A DNA stretch of 64,000 nt from a virus (taxonomy: Duplodnaviria; Heunggongvirae; Uroviricota; Caudoviricetes). Under the pieces are notes generated by a model. It worked only from the letters and a program-made list of their open reading frames with translations, ran no database searches and was not told the DNA's origin. The DNA lies in the IMG/VR virus record IMGVR_UViG_2541047873_000001; one strand, 5' to 3'. The translations under genes and the position numbers were made by a program. Shown in pieces: positions 17,664 through 27,333 of the stretch (its first letter is position 1; each line of letters opens with the position of its first letter).

Positions 17664-18246
17664 TGGTTGCCCCCTGAATACGCTTAAACTCGATTACCCA
17701 TACCCACGGGTTAGATAGCCAGTTATCCTGCCCGTAAATACTGCGCCAGATATCACCAAAACCAACGCGATAAACAGCTTCAGGTGGCGTAATCTTGTAC
17801 GTCGCCGGAGTTGCGCCTTCTGCTTTAGCATCTGCCTCGCTCATGTCATGCAGCCGTTCCACACGCACGTCGGTAATTTCCAGAAGAATGCGCGATGCCC
17901 AGCGCGGCATGTGAATTGATGGCGTCCACTTTTCTGATACTGGTTTATTACAAACATCGACCGGAACCCGGTGCGTTTGTTCTGTCCAGGAGTTACGCAC
18001 GCTTGCGCGATAAACCAGCGTTGCGACGTCCGTCGCTTTGCCATGTACCCGGTAGGTTTCGCGAACCCAAATACGATCGCCCGGTTGACCATATGGACAA
18101 TGCTTGGCAAGCAACTCTGCGGCAACTGCTCGTCCATAGAATTTTTCTTCAACAATCCTGCGAGTCTGTGTTTTATTCCCGCCAAGAATTGCCCGGACCA
18201 TCTCATCGTTAAAAATCATCCCGCGTTCTTTCATTTTTTGATCCAC
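17656..18246 (-). CDS. hypothetical protein
   Basis: 196 aa; N-terminal MIFNDEMVRAILGGNKTQTRR motif; family not placed. Confidence 0.5.
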   Translation of the reverse strand: MDQKMKERGMIFNDEMVRAILGGNKTQTRRIVEEKFYGRAVAAELLAKHCPYGQPGDRIWVRETYRVHGKATDVATLVYRASVRNSWTEQTHRVPVDVCNKPVSEKWTPSIHMPRWASRILLEITDVRVERLHDMSEADAKAEGATPATYKITPPEAVYRVGFGDIWRSIYGQDNWLSNPWVWVIEFKRIQGATSE

Positions 18247-18250
18247 TCCA

Positions 18251-19246
18251 TCAGTTATTGAACGTGATCACTCCGCGCTCGATGGCGAAGTCGAAAAGCT
18301 GGTTGGCGGCTACGTAAAGGCGTATGCCATGTGCTTTTTCCCATGCCCGGACATCGTTTTCTGCGCTTCTGGCGCATTCATCGCAAAGAGGAACGGCCCA
18401 GCGATCGTGTTCGTTTAACGAGCGGGCGCGGTACATGAACGGGTGATTAACTTTGCCTCCGCATCCGATGCACGGACGAGAAATCACAAACCGGAGATAA
18501 GCCGGGCTTTTACCGAGAACCGCTTTTGGTCGGCGCATATACAGCAGGCCGGAATCCTCATCTACAGACAGGTTGACGATCTGCTCTGCGGTTATGTCCA
18601 CCAGCTCACGGGTGCTGTGCTCCCAGGTGATATCCGATTCTTTCAGTGTGCCGGTAGGGATTTCCTGTTTTGGCTGACAAAATGCAATGCGACCGGCTTC
18701 ATCTGGCAGCTCGTCTTTCAGATTCCGGCGAATGGCCCAAAAAGTGAGTTCAACCATGCTCAGATCGCGTTCTGGCGGTAGTTTTAACTCGCTCGCAGCC
18801 CAGTTCATAACCCAGTTGGCACGATTCAGGGATAACTGGTCATCCAGCTTGCCGTACCCCTTCATCATGTATTCCGCATCATGCTTCCAGCACAGGCGAA
18901 CGGCAGAGCCGTTATAGAAATGAGTGGTTAGCTGGTGGCTGCAATCGCGCTTATCGTGCGCCTGGCAATCGTGGATATTGGAACTTACCCAATGAACAAG
19001 CGAATCTTCACCGCCTAATGCGTTAAATACGCGCTCGCTTTGAAAAAATGCTTTCAGAGACTGGTTGGCAACCAGCGAATAGTTCAGATCCACTACGCCA
19101 TCTGGCGTGTTTTCAGCCTGTTCGCGCGGAAGTGGAGAGATAATGAAACGGCGACCTGCGCCAATGTAGTTGCTGGTGGGCTTGTCTACCGGAAAGACAG
19201 CCACACCAGCTCCGTTTACGAAATGAGGTGTGATTATTGCACTCAT
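18251..19246 (-). CDS. DUF968 (YdfU-like) protein
   Basis: 331 aa; C-terminal Cys cluster RPCIGCGGKV...PLCDECA typical of lambdoid DUF968 proteins; first gene after an operator-like pair. Confidence 0.55.
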   Translation of the reverse strand: MSAIITPHFVNGAGVAVFPVDKPTSNYIGAGRRFIISPLPREQAENTPDGVVDLNYSLVANQSLKAFFQSERVFNALGGEDSLVHWVSSNIHDCQAHDKRDCSHQLTTHFYNGSAVRLCWKHDAEYMMKGYGKLDDQLSLNRANWVMNWAASELKLPPERDLSMVELTFWAIRRNLKDELPDEAGRIAFCQPKQEIPTGTLKESDITWEHSTRELVDITAEQIVNLSVDEDSGLLYMRRPKAVLGKSPAYLRFVISRPCIGCGGKVNHPFMYRARSLNEHDRWAVPLCDECARSAENDVRAWEKAHGIRLYVAANQLFDFAIERGVITFNN

Positions 19247-19288
19247 AATGTATACCGACTCTGTTTTGTTCCGAGCGGTAAAATAATA

Positions 19289-19319
19289 TGTTAGAAAATT
19301 AAAATCAATATTCTAACAC
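19289..19319. promoter_or_regulatory. pair of C1 operator-like sites
   Basis: tgttagaaaattaaaatcaatattctaacac: two inverted copies of the TTCTAACA core between two leftward operons. Confidence 0.5.
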
Positions 19320-19350
19320 GGTTATGAGTGCATAAACGATGTGTTCAGGA

Positions 19351-20037
19351 TTACGGCTGTCCTCCCTTCACCTGCTTTAGCGTCAGATTTCCGCAAAAAA
19401 CCGCGCCAGTGTCTATGTAGTGCTGGTTCCAGAAAGATTTCGGGCTGTTTACTGGCGTATGCCCGAAAATAAAGCTATCTGCACCAGTGATCATTCCACC
19501 AACACCATCAACCGCGTCATAAAATCGCTCACGCCGCCAGGTAACATTGAGATCGCTAACAGGTTTACCAAACTGGTATTCGTTATCAGGATAGTCGGCA
19601 TGGGCTATAACGATAGTTTTATGCCCGGTGTTCAACTCAATGATATAGGGTAAACGTCTTACCAGCTCCACCAGCGCCCTGGCTAATATTTCCCGATCAG
19701 CGTCCAGCATGAAGAACCATTGGCCGCCATTCATTAGCCAGTTATTCACGTTGCCTGCGGGGCTTAACGCATCGATCATTAATCGCTCGTGGTTTCCCAT
19801 AACCGACCGAAACCAGGGCATCTGCAATAGCTCCAGGCATTCAACATTTTCGGTGCCGCGATCGATAAGGTCGCCAACCGATATCAGTAAATCCTGTGTC
19901 GGGTCAAAGTCCACACGATGAAGTTCAGACATCAATCTGGTGTAGCAACCATGCAGATCACCAACAACCCATATGTTTCTGTAGCCTGAACCATCAATAC
20001 GGCTATATAAATTCACTTCATGCAGCGCCTGGGTCAT
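19351..20037 (-). CDS. Ser/Thr protein phosphatase (lambda PPase family)
   Basis: Metallophosphatase motifs GDLHG, GDLIDRG, GNHE from internal start MTQALHEV. Confidence 0.85.
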   Translation of the reverse strand: MTQALHEVNLYSRIDGSGYRNIWVVGDLHGCYTRLMSELHRVDFDPTQDLLISVGDLIDRGTENVECLELLQMPWFRSVMGNHERLMIDALSPAGNVNNWLMNGGQWFFMLDADREILARALVELVRRLPYIIELNTGHKTIVIAHADYPDNEYQFGKPVSDLNVTWRRERFYDAVDGVGGMITGADSFIFGHTPVNSPKSFWNQHYIDTGAVFCGNLTLKQVKGGQP

Positions 20038-20345
20038 GCGGCAACCTTCTCCCGCAGCCAGATACAAACCGGGCCATCTTCAGTGTCATGAATAGAGCCA
20101 ACAAACCATCCTTCGCCCTCTGGTCGCTCTGGTTCCCAGGCGGCAATATCGGGACCATCTGCGTCCAGATTAAAATGATCTTCATCCATACTGCGAATAG
20201 TCCACTGAAGATTATTTTCCTTCATCCAGGCGTCAAATTCCTCAGTGGATATATATTCACGATCTGCGCAAAACTTTTCATACTCCGGATGTGTCCAGCA
20301 GCCATATTCATCACGTTCTACCGGCATTTCTTTAATGATGCTCAC
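20034..20345 (-). CDS. hypothetical protein
   Basis: 103 aa, overlapping starts and stops in a tight leftward operon. Confidence 0.45.
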   Translation of the reverse strand: MSIIKEMPVERDEYGCWTHPEYEKFCADREYISTEEFDAWMKENNLQWTIRSMDEDHFNLDADGPDIAAWEPERPEGEGWFVGSIHDTEDGPVCIWLREKVAA

Positions 20346-20566
20346 TCTTCATCCTCCAAGTCGGCAACGGCCTCCATCACATCAGAACCGCGAATAACCT
20401 CAAAAGCACGGCAGGCCATTTCAAACACCTGTTGTTCTTGCGGATGCGGTGACTCCCAATACTTAAAACCAGGTCGATGCTCGTAACCCAACATGGAATA
20501 AAAATCGCCAGCAAGTTCAATCGCGGCATCAACAAGTTCGCGATTTGTCATCGTCTGTTCTGTCAT
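20342..20566 (-). CDS. hypothetical protein
   Basis: 74 aa, translationally coupled in the operon. Confidence 0.4.
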   Translation of the reverse strand: MTEQTMTNRELVDAAIELAGDFYSMLGYEHRPGFKYWESPHPQEQQVFEMACRAFEVIRGSDVMEAVADLEDEE

Positions 20567-20838
20567 TTTGTTTTCTCCTGTCTGAACATCACTATCATCA
20601 GGTCGCCTTTTGTCGCTATCCTGGCTGTTGTACCTGGTTCAATGCGGCTAAGCTCAAATGCGTCATAGAACGCTTCTAATGCCTTCTGGCGTAGTTCCTG
20701 TTTGCGCCGTTTTTTCCACTGTTTTAGGAAAATGGAACCCAGCCATCGCCATGTACGGGACATGATGTAAAGCCAACCGAGAAGTGCCAGACCGGTATTT
20801 AGGAGCGTATCGATCGTTATTGTCGTGTCGATATTCAC
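20563..20838 (-). CDS. small membrane protein
   Basis: 91 aa with one transmembrane helix (TLLNTGLALLGWLYIM) and basic stretch. Confidence 0.45.
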   Translation of the reverse strand: MNIDTTITIDTLLNTGLALLGWLYIMSRTWRWLGSIFLKQWKKRRKQELRQKALEAFYDAFELSRIEPGTTARIATKGDLMIVMFRQEKTK

Positions 20839-21545
20839 TGGCTGCCTCCTTTGCGAAGCTGTTCAGCAATACTTACGCATATCTCTGCGCCTCTAATCAG
20901 CCCCGGAACGTTCTTGTTTGGCCCAACTTCACCATCGACAAAATCAATCATCGCGTTACGAGCCATATCCACGCCCTGCGCACGTACTTCAGCCAGGAAA
21001 GCATCGGTGGCTGGGGTGTCAACACGGATACTGTCGCGCAAGATGAAAAATGCATTGAGCATTCCAGTCTCTGGCACTTCATCCTGATGCTTCTCATACG
21101 CATCAAGAGCCTTCATCATCTCAGCTCCGAATGGTTGAGGGTGCACAGACTTCAGCTCCGCATTCTCCGCCGCCAGCACCACGCGTTCGCTCTCCAGTTC
21201 TGTAATGCGCCGTCTTGCAGCATCCAGTTCAATCGACAATTTTCCCAACTGCTCTTTATGCTTCTTGTATTCCTGATATGCGTGCCAAGACTGACCTTTG
21301 CGCACACTATCCGTGATATCAGTAATCTGTTCTGGTGTTAGCGTGGTCAGTGGCTGTGCTGGGAAAATCAGCACTTTCCCGGCATCCCAATCAAAACCCA
21401 CCTGAATTGACTGAACCTCAACTGATGGTGTTGAACCGATGCGACCAGGCGAATGAACAACGATCGTTACATTCATATCGCGACGATGGCTGTGGTTGTT
21501 GGACAAAATACGATTCACCAACTCCGAGAATTTGGAAAATTTCAT
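20835..21545 (-). CDS. Ea22-like coiled-coil protein
   Basis: C-terminus ...[10 protein letters not shown] shared with the 22550-23224 product (…AQLRKGGNQ); coiled-coil centre. Confidence 0.55.
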   Translation of the reverse strand: MKFSKFSELVNRILSNNHSHRRDMNVTIVVHSPGRIGSTPSVEVQSIQVGFDWDAGKVLIFPAQPLTTLTPEQITDITDSVRKGQSWHAYQEYKKHKEQLGKLSIELDAARRRITELESERVVLAAENAELKSVHPQPFGAEMMKALDAYEKHQDEVPETGMLNAFFILRDSIRVDTPATDAFLAEVRAQGVDMARNAMIDFVDGEVGPNKNVPGLIRGAEICVSIAEQLRKGGSQ

Positions 21546-21907
21546 GCTGATTCCCTTTGCTCTTCCTGGATAATGTTGTTGCAATCTTTCACGCACTCGT
21601 TGCAGATGAAAACGTTGTCCCCGGCAATTAACTTTTTAACGGTGTGCTGGGATTTGTTGCAGAAGCTGCAATAAAGCGTTGGACTGGCTGATACGGATGG
21701 TGCGCCAGATGTCAGCCGCGCGATGTCGTTCTTGCGACGCAATATCACACGGCTGCACTCGACCAGCATCTCCGGGGATATATCCTCCTCCGTGGCGAGC
21801 GCCTCCAGACGTTCGAGCAAGCGAAATACTTTTTCCTGGGTGATTGCAGAATGCGATGTGGTCATCTCACTCTCCTTTGAGGCGAATGCCAGCGGCACGG
21901 GAATCAT
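21542..21907 (-). CDS. small protein with ClpX-type zinc-binding domain
   Basis: 121 aa; C-terminal [35 protein letters not shown] matches the ClpX N-terminal C4 zinc-binding domain. Confidence 0.6.
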   Translation of the reverse strand: MIPVPLAFASKESEMTTSHSAITQEKVFRLLERLEALATEEDISPEMLVECSRVILRRKNDIARLTSGAPSVSASPTLYCSFCNKSQHTVKKLIAGDNVFICNECVKDCNNIIQEEQRESA

Positions 21908-22553
21908 TCCATCGCTTTACTTCTTCACGAATTACGTCAATGCATTCTTTCGAATCCATTAGGTAATCTTCATCAAAAAGCCTTTCCTGTTCGTTTTCTA
22001 TCGCAACAATGATTGCTTCAACTAACTTTTGTGCCTGAGAACCACTTTCTAACTCTGCAATGCGCTTCTCTGCGGCTTCCAGCTTCTCGCGCATATCGTC
22101 AACGTACTCGACCAGAGATCCGCCAGCAGGAATTTCGCACTCCTCGACCAGTTGGAAGTAGATATCAGCTGCGGCCCGTGTGTTGCTATGCCTAGCGTCG
22201 CCCATCTCACCTTCACGAAGAGCATCGCGTTCGGCGGTAAGATTGGCTATTTTGCTGTCTTTGCCTTCAAGCTCAACGCGCAGCTTCCCTACCGTTAGCG
22301 CAATATCCTCGTTCTCCTGGTCGCGGCGTTTGATGTATTGCTGGTTTCTTTCCCGTTCACCCAGTAGTGCCAGCACGGTTTCTGGTCCGGCCAGAAATTT
22401 GAAGGCGTTGAGCGCATCAATATCCACACCGTAATCTTTAAGTTCCTGTTCACTTAACAAATCATCATCAGCTGGCAACATTAACAGGCGTTCCATTGCT
22501 GGAATTGCACGTTCCGCCGCCTCACGCAGTGCCTGGTAATTAATTTCGCTCAT
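21867..22553 (-). CDS. Ead/Ea22-like protein
   Basis: 228 aa; N-terminal [16 protein letters not shown] paralogous to the 16679-17410 product. Confidence 0.65.
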   Translation of the reverse strand: MSEINYQALREAAERAIPAMERLLMLPADDDLLSEQELKDYGVDIDALNAFKFLAGPETVLALLGERERNQQYIKRRDQENEDIALTVGKLRVELEGKDSKIANLTAERDALREGEMGDARHSNTRAAADIYFQLVEECEIPAGGSLVEYVDDMREKLEAAEKRIAELESGSQAQKLVEAIIVAIENEQERLFDEDYLMDSKECIDVIREEVKRWNDSRAAGIRLKGE

Positions 22554-23224
22554 TGGTTGCCTCCTTTGCGAAGCTGGGCAGCGAACCTATCAGCTGCATC
22601 CGCGCAAGCAGAAGCAACGGAATCAAAAAATGGATCATCTCCTGTATCGCGCATCGTCAAAGCGAATGCCTCCACCCCTTGTGCCTGTATTTCTACAAGG
22701 GATGCCTTAGATGTACTGCTTTTCGCCTCGCCTAATTCGTTATGAGCGATGTTCGCTATACATGCGATGTCTATATCTGGATGATTAATTGGGCAATGGC
22801 TAAGAATTGCCTCAAGTGCTGCTTTTTTGCTTTGGCATTCCGCCACCAGCGCCCCGCAATTGCTTTCCAGCTCTGCAATACACTTTTTAGCGGCCTCCAG
22901 CTCAACACGCAGATTCTCAAGCGTTAGAGCCTTCTCCACGTTCTCGTCCAGCAGTTCAATCACATCAGGATCGCTACCATCAACTACTGATATGCGCGAA
23001 TTTTTGTAATGCTCGTCAGCATAAGTTCGTCCAGTTTTGAAGCATCCGTCATCCTCCATGCCGGAACAGGCATAAACAACATGTGATCCAGATATGCGCT
23101 GCATTGACATTTCCTCGCCACAAACAGGGCATTTAGGCGCTGGTTTCGGTGAATAACGTTCACGTAACGGATAGTAAAGCTCGATCTCCGCCAGTTGCTC
23201 TGGCGTTAAACCTTCAGACTTCAT
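22550..23224 (-). CDS. Ea22-like protein with N-terminal zinc ribbon
   Basis: 224 aa; CPVCGEE...C..C motif, coiled coil, Ea22-type C-terminus. Confidence 0.55.
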   Translation of the reverse strand: MKSEGLTPEQLAEIELYYPLRERYSPKPAPKCPVCGEEMSMQRISGSHVVYACSGMEDDGCFKTGRTYADEHYKNSRISVVDGSDPDVIELLDENVEKALTLENLRVELEAAKKCIAELESNCGALVAECQSKKAALEAILSHCPINHPDIDIACIANIAHNELGEAKSSTSKASLVEIQAQGVEAFALTMRDTGDDPFFDSVASACADAADRFAAQLRKGGNQ

Positions 23225-23531
23225 GTACTCTCCTTTCGAAATAAACGTACTGATTAATCATTCCCAGGGGCATTTCGAGTTTTTCTGCGATCTCACGGCG
23301 GGGAACACCACACTGATGAAGCTGCCGCGCCAGTTCTATATCGCTCTGCCGGTATTTGGCTGACTGGTGAAAGTCTCCTTTCAGAATCATGCTGATCCGC
23401 AGTTGCCGCGCTTTAGTCCTGACAGCACCACCGGTACGCCCGATCAGTCTCCCAATACCCTCGACTGTCATAGTCCCGGCGCACTGGCGGAGTATCATGA
23501 TTTCTGCCCTTCCCCATCCCCGCCAGCTCAC
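23214..23531 (-). CDS. small HTH DNA-binding protein
   Basis: 105 aa with HTH-like segments (TVEGIGRLIGRTGGAVRTKARQL, GVPRREIAEKL). Confidence 0.45.
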   Translation of the reverse strand: MSWRGWGRAEIMILRQCAGTMTVEGIGRLIGRTGGAVRTKARQLRISMILKGDFHQSAKYRQSDIELARQLHQCGVPRREIAEKLEMPLGMINQYVYFERRVHEV

Positions 23532-24166
23532 GCAGAACTCCTTCTAACCAAAAGAACGCCATCTTCAGAAACAACGTTGCAGGACTTCAGGTAATTCATT
23601 GCCTCTTTCGGTAATGGATTCTTTGGATCGGCGCTTGCCAGGGATTTCGATAACCTCATGATAAATTTGATCATTACCTTCTGACGGAGCTTGTGCTCAT
23701 GAGATGCAGACAGGTAATAGGAAATGGTATGGGCTAAACGCTCACGAAGCTGTTCTGTGCCGTGATATACAGCAGCGATATCACGCAGTGCATTGACCAG
23801 TTCCCGGTAAATATGCGGAGCAACCTGGCATTCAATGTTGGTTGGTGACTCATAAATTACATTCAGCCCCAGCTTTTGAGCCAGCTCGTGCTCTGCACGA
23901 GCGCCAACTGATTCCTCCCACCCCTTGAGCAAATAGACCGCATTAGCCGAACGCACCATTGCAAGGCAAATATCCATGTATTCGCTCTGGCAGAGGCCAG
24001 CAGGTAACAGCGCCGGATTCAGAACAATATGCCCTACCTCCATCAGCTCTTTTGCTTTCGAAAAAAACGCTGTGCGGTTGTAGTCGGGATAACCAGTCAT
24101 CGGACCCGCGATGTAAATTTTCATAATGCGTTTTGACATCAAAGTTTCCCCAGGAACGTTACGCAA
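23528..24166 (-). CDS. DUF4406-like (nucleoside deoxyribosyltransferase-like) protein
   Basis: Internal start MKIYIAGPMTG...YN...F is the DUF4406 signature; C-terminal extension shares a domain with the 15056-15508 product. Confidence 0.55.
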   Translation of the reverse strand: MRNVPGETLMSKRIMKIYIAGPMTGYPDYNRTAFFSKAKELMEVGHIVLNPALLPAGLCQSEYMDICLAMVRSANAVYLLKGWEESVGARAEHELAQKLGLNVIYESPTNIECQVAPHIYRELVNALRDIAAVYHGTEQLRERLAHTISYYLSASHEHKLRQKVMIKFIMRLSKSLASADPKNPLPKEAMNYLKSCNVVSEDGVLLVRRSSA

Positions 24167-24335
24167 AAGTTGATGAGAGCAAAGAGTTCAATGCCCAGCT
24201 CAAACAACGCCAGGACAGTGAAAAACAGGGCATATAGCAACCCAATTTCTGTACCGGATTGCTGGTGGATTGCACTTATTGCGACAAGCATCATGACCTC
24301 CTGATATAGCGTCTGAAAAAAAGTATCTTCATTTT

Positions 24336-24367
24336 GTGTTAGAAAATCAATTTTGATTTTCTAACAC
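24336..24367. promoter_or_regulatory. palindromic double C1 operator-like site
   Basis: gtgttagaaaatcaa ttttgattttctaacac: perfect 32 bp palindrome of two operator cores between the leftward operon and ref. Confidence 0.6.
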
Positions 24368-24411
24368 ATTTGATCAACCATAGCGGCGATGTAGACAAAC
24401 CGGGTATTTCT

Positions 24412-24987
24412 ATGAAGCAAAGCTATTGGGAGAAACAGACACAAAAAGCCCTGCAAAAACTGGCTGATCCGAAATGGCGGGAGGAACAAAGGGCAAAGCG
24501 TCTTCAGCAAGCTCAACGCCAGCAGCAGCGTGCGCGAGAAAAAGCCGCATCGCCTGAATATCGGCAAAAGAAAATTGAAAAAGCGAAGCAATATGAACAG
24601 CGAAGAAAAGAGAAGGCCGCTTCTGCTCCTGTCAAAAAAACTCGCGCGTCACGCGGCCTGAAAGGCAGAACACTCACAGCAGATGAGCGCCGGATACAAA
24701 CTGCCATCGGTGCTCTCCCCTGCATTGCCTGCCATATGCACGGACAGCATAGCCCTGTGGTATCCCTGCACCACATCTTCGGAAGAACAGCAGAGAACGC
24801 GCATAAATACGTCCTCCCTTTGTGTAAATGGCACCATCAACACGCAGCGCCAGCAGAGATCCGCGAGCAATACCCCTGGTTGGTTCCTGTTCATGCTGAT
24901 GGAAAAATAGGCGGCAAAGCAGATTTCAGGCGGCACAATGCTGATGAAATGACGTTGTATCAGATGGTGACTGAATTAATAAATTAA
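24412..24987 (+). CDS. ref: Ref-like HNH endonuclease (recombination enhancement function)
   Basis: Lys/Arg-rich N-terminus then HNH core GALPCIACHMHG...SLHHI.GRT...PLCKWHHQ resembling P1 Ref; operator-controlled as in P1. Confidence 0.7.
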   Translation: MKQSYWEKQTQKALQKLADPKWREEQRAKRLQQAQRQQQRAREKAASPEYRQKKIEKAKQYEQRRKEKAASAPVKKTRASRGLKGRTLTADERRIQTAIGALPCIACHMHGQHSPVVSLHHIFGRTAENAHKYVLPLCKWHHQHAAPAEIREQYPWLVPVHADGKIGGKADFRRHNADEMTLYQMVTELIN

Positions 24988-25592
24988 TTTTCTAACATTT
25001 TAAGTTGAATTATGAGATCCACCGTTGTACATTCACAACCGATTGGTACACCGGTCAACTTTTTGAGACAAACCGTTTGGTTTTTCGTATGATTGCCGCC
25101 GCCATACCAATGGCGGTGCAATATAGGTGGCTGAAAAGCCCCCGTTGACTCACGGTGTTCCAGCCTTTATTGCGCCGCCACCAGACCGTGGAACAGTCGA
25201 TGGCGGCTCCGAAAGCAAGGAGTCACTACACTATGAACAGCTACTGTCTTTTCCCATCACTCGTTGTCCGCCACTCACGCGATAATCTGCATTCTTTACT
25301 CGCGCTGGGGGTGTCAAAATGACCGTTCGCTACCTCAACTTTCAAATCCAGAACATCACTGGCGGTTGCTATGACTGGTTTGTCACTCTCGGAAAAGAAG
25401 TGATCACCGGGAAGCTGGATGAAGTGAAAGCTAAAGCAATGGCCTACGCCTGCAAGCAAGCCCAAAAGAAGAAAAGAAAAGCATAAGAAAACACACAGTT
25501 GCGCCCTGGCATTATCGTGGGGTATATTTCTACGGCACCTTAGAAAAACGGGTGCCGGGATTGGAACCCCGGATAATGCAAAAGGCGACACA

Positions 25593-25616
25593 GACGCCGA
25601 AAGCGTCTTTTTTTGT
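25593..25616 (+). terminator. rho-independent terminator
   Basis: gacgc-cgaaa-gcgtc hairpin followed by T7. Confidence 0.7.
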
Positions 25617-25639
25617 GTCATGCCATCGCACAGCCATGC

Positions 25640-25790
25640 GTAGCGTTTAGCTCAGAGATCAATGGTAGTGCTGGCTGGGCTGCCGAAAGGCAGGCCGGTT
25701 CCCTTTTGCGCCGGTAGTTCCAACCCAGTCAGTGCTACCGCCATTGAGATTGGAACCTCACGCGGTAGCTCCTTAAATTAGCAAAAGGAG
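25640..25790 (+). ncRNA. c4-like structured regulatory RNA candidate
   Basis: No ORF; 16 bp stem (25664-25679 with 25724-25739) enclosing hairpins; repeated GGTAG/CTACC elements complementary to the region just ahead of the downstream RBS; position matches P1 c4. Confidence 0.35.
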
Positions 25791-25799
25791 GCTGCCAAT

Positions 25800-26015
25800 A
25801 TGGCTACTATCCCTACCCCAACTCATTCTGAATTTATCTGGCGTTTCTATTCCTGCCAAAAACACCTCTATATCTGCGTAATGGCTGCTACCGAAGCAGA
25901 GGCGCGCTCATACCTTCCCGAAGAACCCTGTATTTTTGCTGCTCGCTTCACTCTTGATGCGATGGAGATCCTCAATTACTGGAATCTGCCGATGAACTGC
26001 GTGGAGGTGCACTGA
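25800..26015 (+). CDS. small protein in Icd position
   Basis: 71 aa ORF with strong RBS (aaaggagg) overlapping the antirepressor start, as icd overlaps ant in P1; no sequence-level call. Confidence 0.3.
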   Translation: MATIPTPTHSEFIWRFYSCQKHLYICVMAATEAEARSYLPEEPCIFAARFTLDAMEILNYWNLPMNCVEVH

Positions 26016-26956
26016 TGAATCTGTCCATCTCTCAAAAAGCGACAATGACCAGCATTGAGATCGCGGAACTGGTGGGAAGTCGTCACTCTGATGTTAAACG
26101 CAGCATCGAAAGACTTGTTGCTAAAGGAGTTATCCAACATACGCCATTGGCTACAGTTGAGAATAATCAATCACTTAGCCCTAATAAATACACAAAAGCC
26201 TATTTCTTCGAAGGCGAACAAGGCAAGCGCGATAGTATTATCGTCGTCGCGCAGCTCTCTCCGGAATTCACCGCCCGGCTGGTGGACCGCTGGCGCGAAC
26301 TGGAGAATGTCAGGGGACCGTTAAAATCAAAAGCCGAAATCCTGGCTGAAATGGCGCAAATGCATCTTGAGCATGAACGCAGGATCAACGCCGTAAATGC
26401 CCAGGTAGCCGAGGTATCGGCACAAGTGTCCAGGGTCACCGAAACACTTGAGCAGATCAAGAAAGGCAATATTCCAGAAGGCTACATTGGCTATCGCCAG
26501 TTGGCGGCAAAATGCGGCCTGACTGAAGCCAAATGCCGCAACCTGGTCAACGCTTACCGGATACCCACTGATACGCATGAGTTTTTAACTCCCGACGGTT
26601 TGCTTGCGCGACGCTCCATTGTGGCCCTGGCCCCCTTCCGGAAAGCCTTTAAGCAGGTTATGTCGGAGGCAGAACCACGTAACAAACGCTGGTATCATCC
26701 CAGGATGGGGCTATTTCAGGCCATTCACCATCCTGTGCCTGAAAGTCCAAAGGCAAACCTGTCGTTGCATACCGCCAGAGAGAAGATTAAAACAGGGTAT
26801 GCAACCGTATGCCGTCGAGCATCCTGGCCTGAAAGTGTCTGGGTATGGCCCGAAAGAGGCTCACGGAAAAACTGGCGCACCATTCGCGACGGCAAGATCT
26901 GTGCGATTGATTTACAGCCAGAAGATGTAGCAGCGACCGACTGGATTGTTAGTTAA
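26015..26956 (+). CDS. antirepressor, Rha-family N-terminal domain
   Basis: 313 aa; N-terminal MTSIEIAELVGSRHSDVKRSIERL typical of Rha-type phage regulatory proteins; hairpin terminator at about 26964-26986. Confidence 0.65.
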   Translation: MNLSISQKATMTSIEIAELVGSRHSDVKRSIERLVAKGVIQHTPLATVENNQSLSPNKYTKAYFFEGEQGKRDSIIVVAQLSPEFTARLVDRWRELENVRGPLKSKAEILAEMAQMHLEHERRINAVNAQVAEVSAQVSRVTETLEQIKKGNIPEGYIGYRQLAAKCGLTEAKCRNLVNAYRIPTDTHEFLTPDGLLARRSIVALAPFRKAFKQVMSEAEPRNKRWYHPRMGLFQAIHHPVPESPKANLSLHTAREKIKTGYATVCRRASWPESVWVWPERGSRKNWRTIRDGKICAIDLQPEDVAATDWIVS

Positions 26957-27012
26957 TAGATTTGCCCCGGTCATGCCGGGGCTTTAACTACTAAGTGACC
27001 GGACACAGCAAA

Positions 27013-27333
27013 ATGTATGCCACGAAAAAAATTGATTTCACTTATTCTTCCGCCACAATTGAGCGGCGCTTCACCCTCATTAGAGAGTTGGAACTGTCAA
27101 AAGTCTGGTATCAAATTCTACTGGATGAAGAGTTCTCACTGATGATAATGGCTAAAAAAGAAGCAATGCCGAATGACCGGCATAAAGTCATTGCCAGCCT
27201 TGACCTGGTGACAAACAGATACTGGGAGACAGAGGAACTGCGTGAAGCGGGAGTAATTCGTGACCTGATGGAGAGTTCCGTTCCCCGCCGCTATCGTGCG
27301 GGAAACGAAATCTCCGTGATTAAAGGGGCTTAA
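27013..27333 (+). CDS. hypothetical protein
   Basis: About 106 aa from MYATKK; no recognisable domain. Confidence 0.4.
   Translation: MYATKKIDFTYSSATIERRFTLIRELELSKVWYQILLDEEFSLMIMAKKEAMPNDRHKVIASLDLVTNRYWETEELREAGVIRDLMESSVPRRYRAGNEISVIKGA

Noticed and set aside
25241-25621. 126 aa minus-strand ORF between ref and the immunity RNA region
   Set aside because: Spans a plus-strand terminator and hairpins and has no start context. A 56 aa plus-strand ORF (about 25318-25488) is more plausible but too weakly supported to annotate
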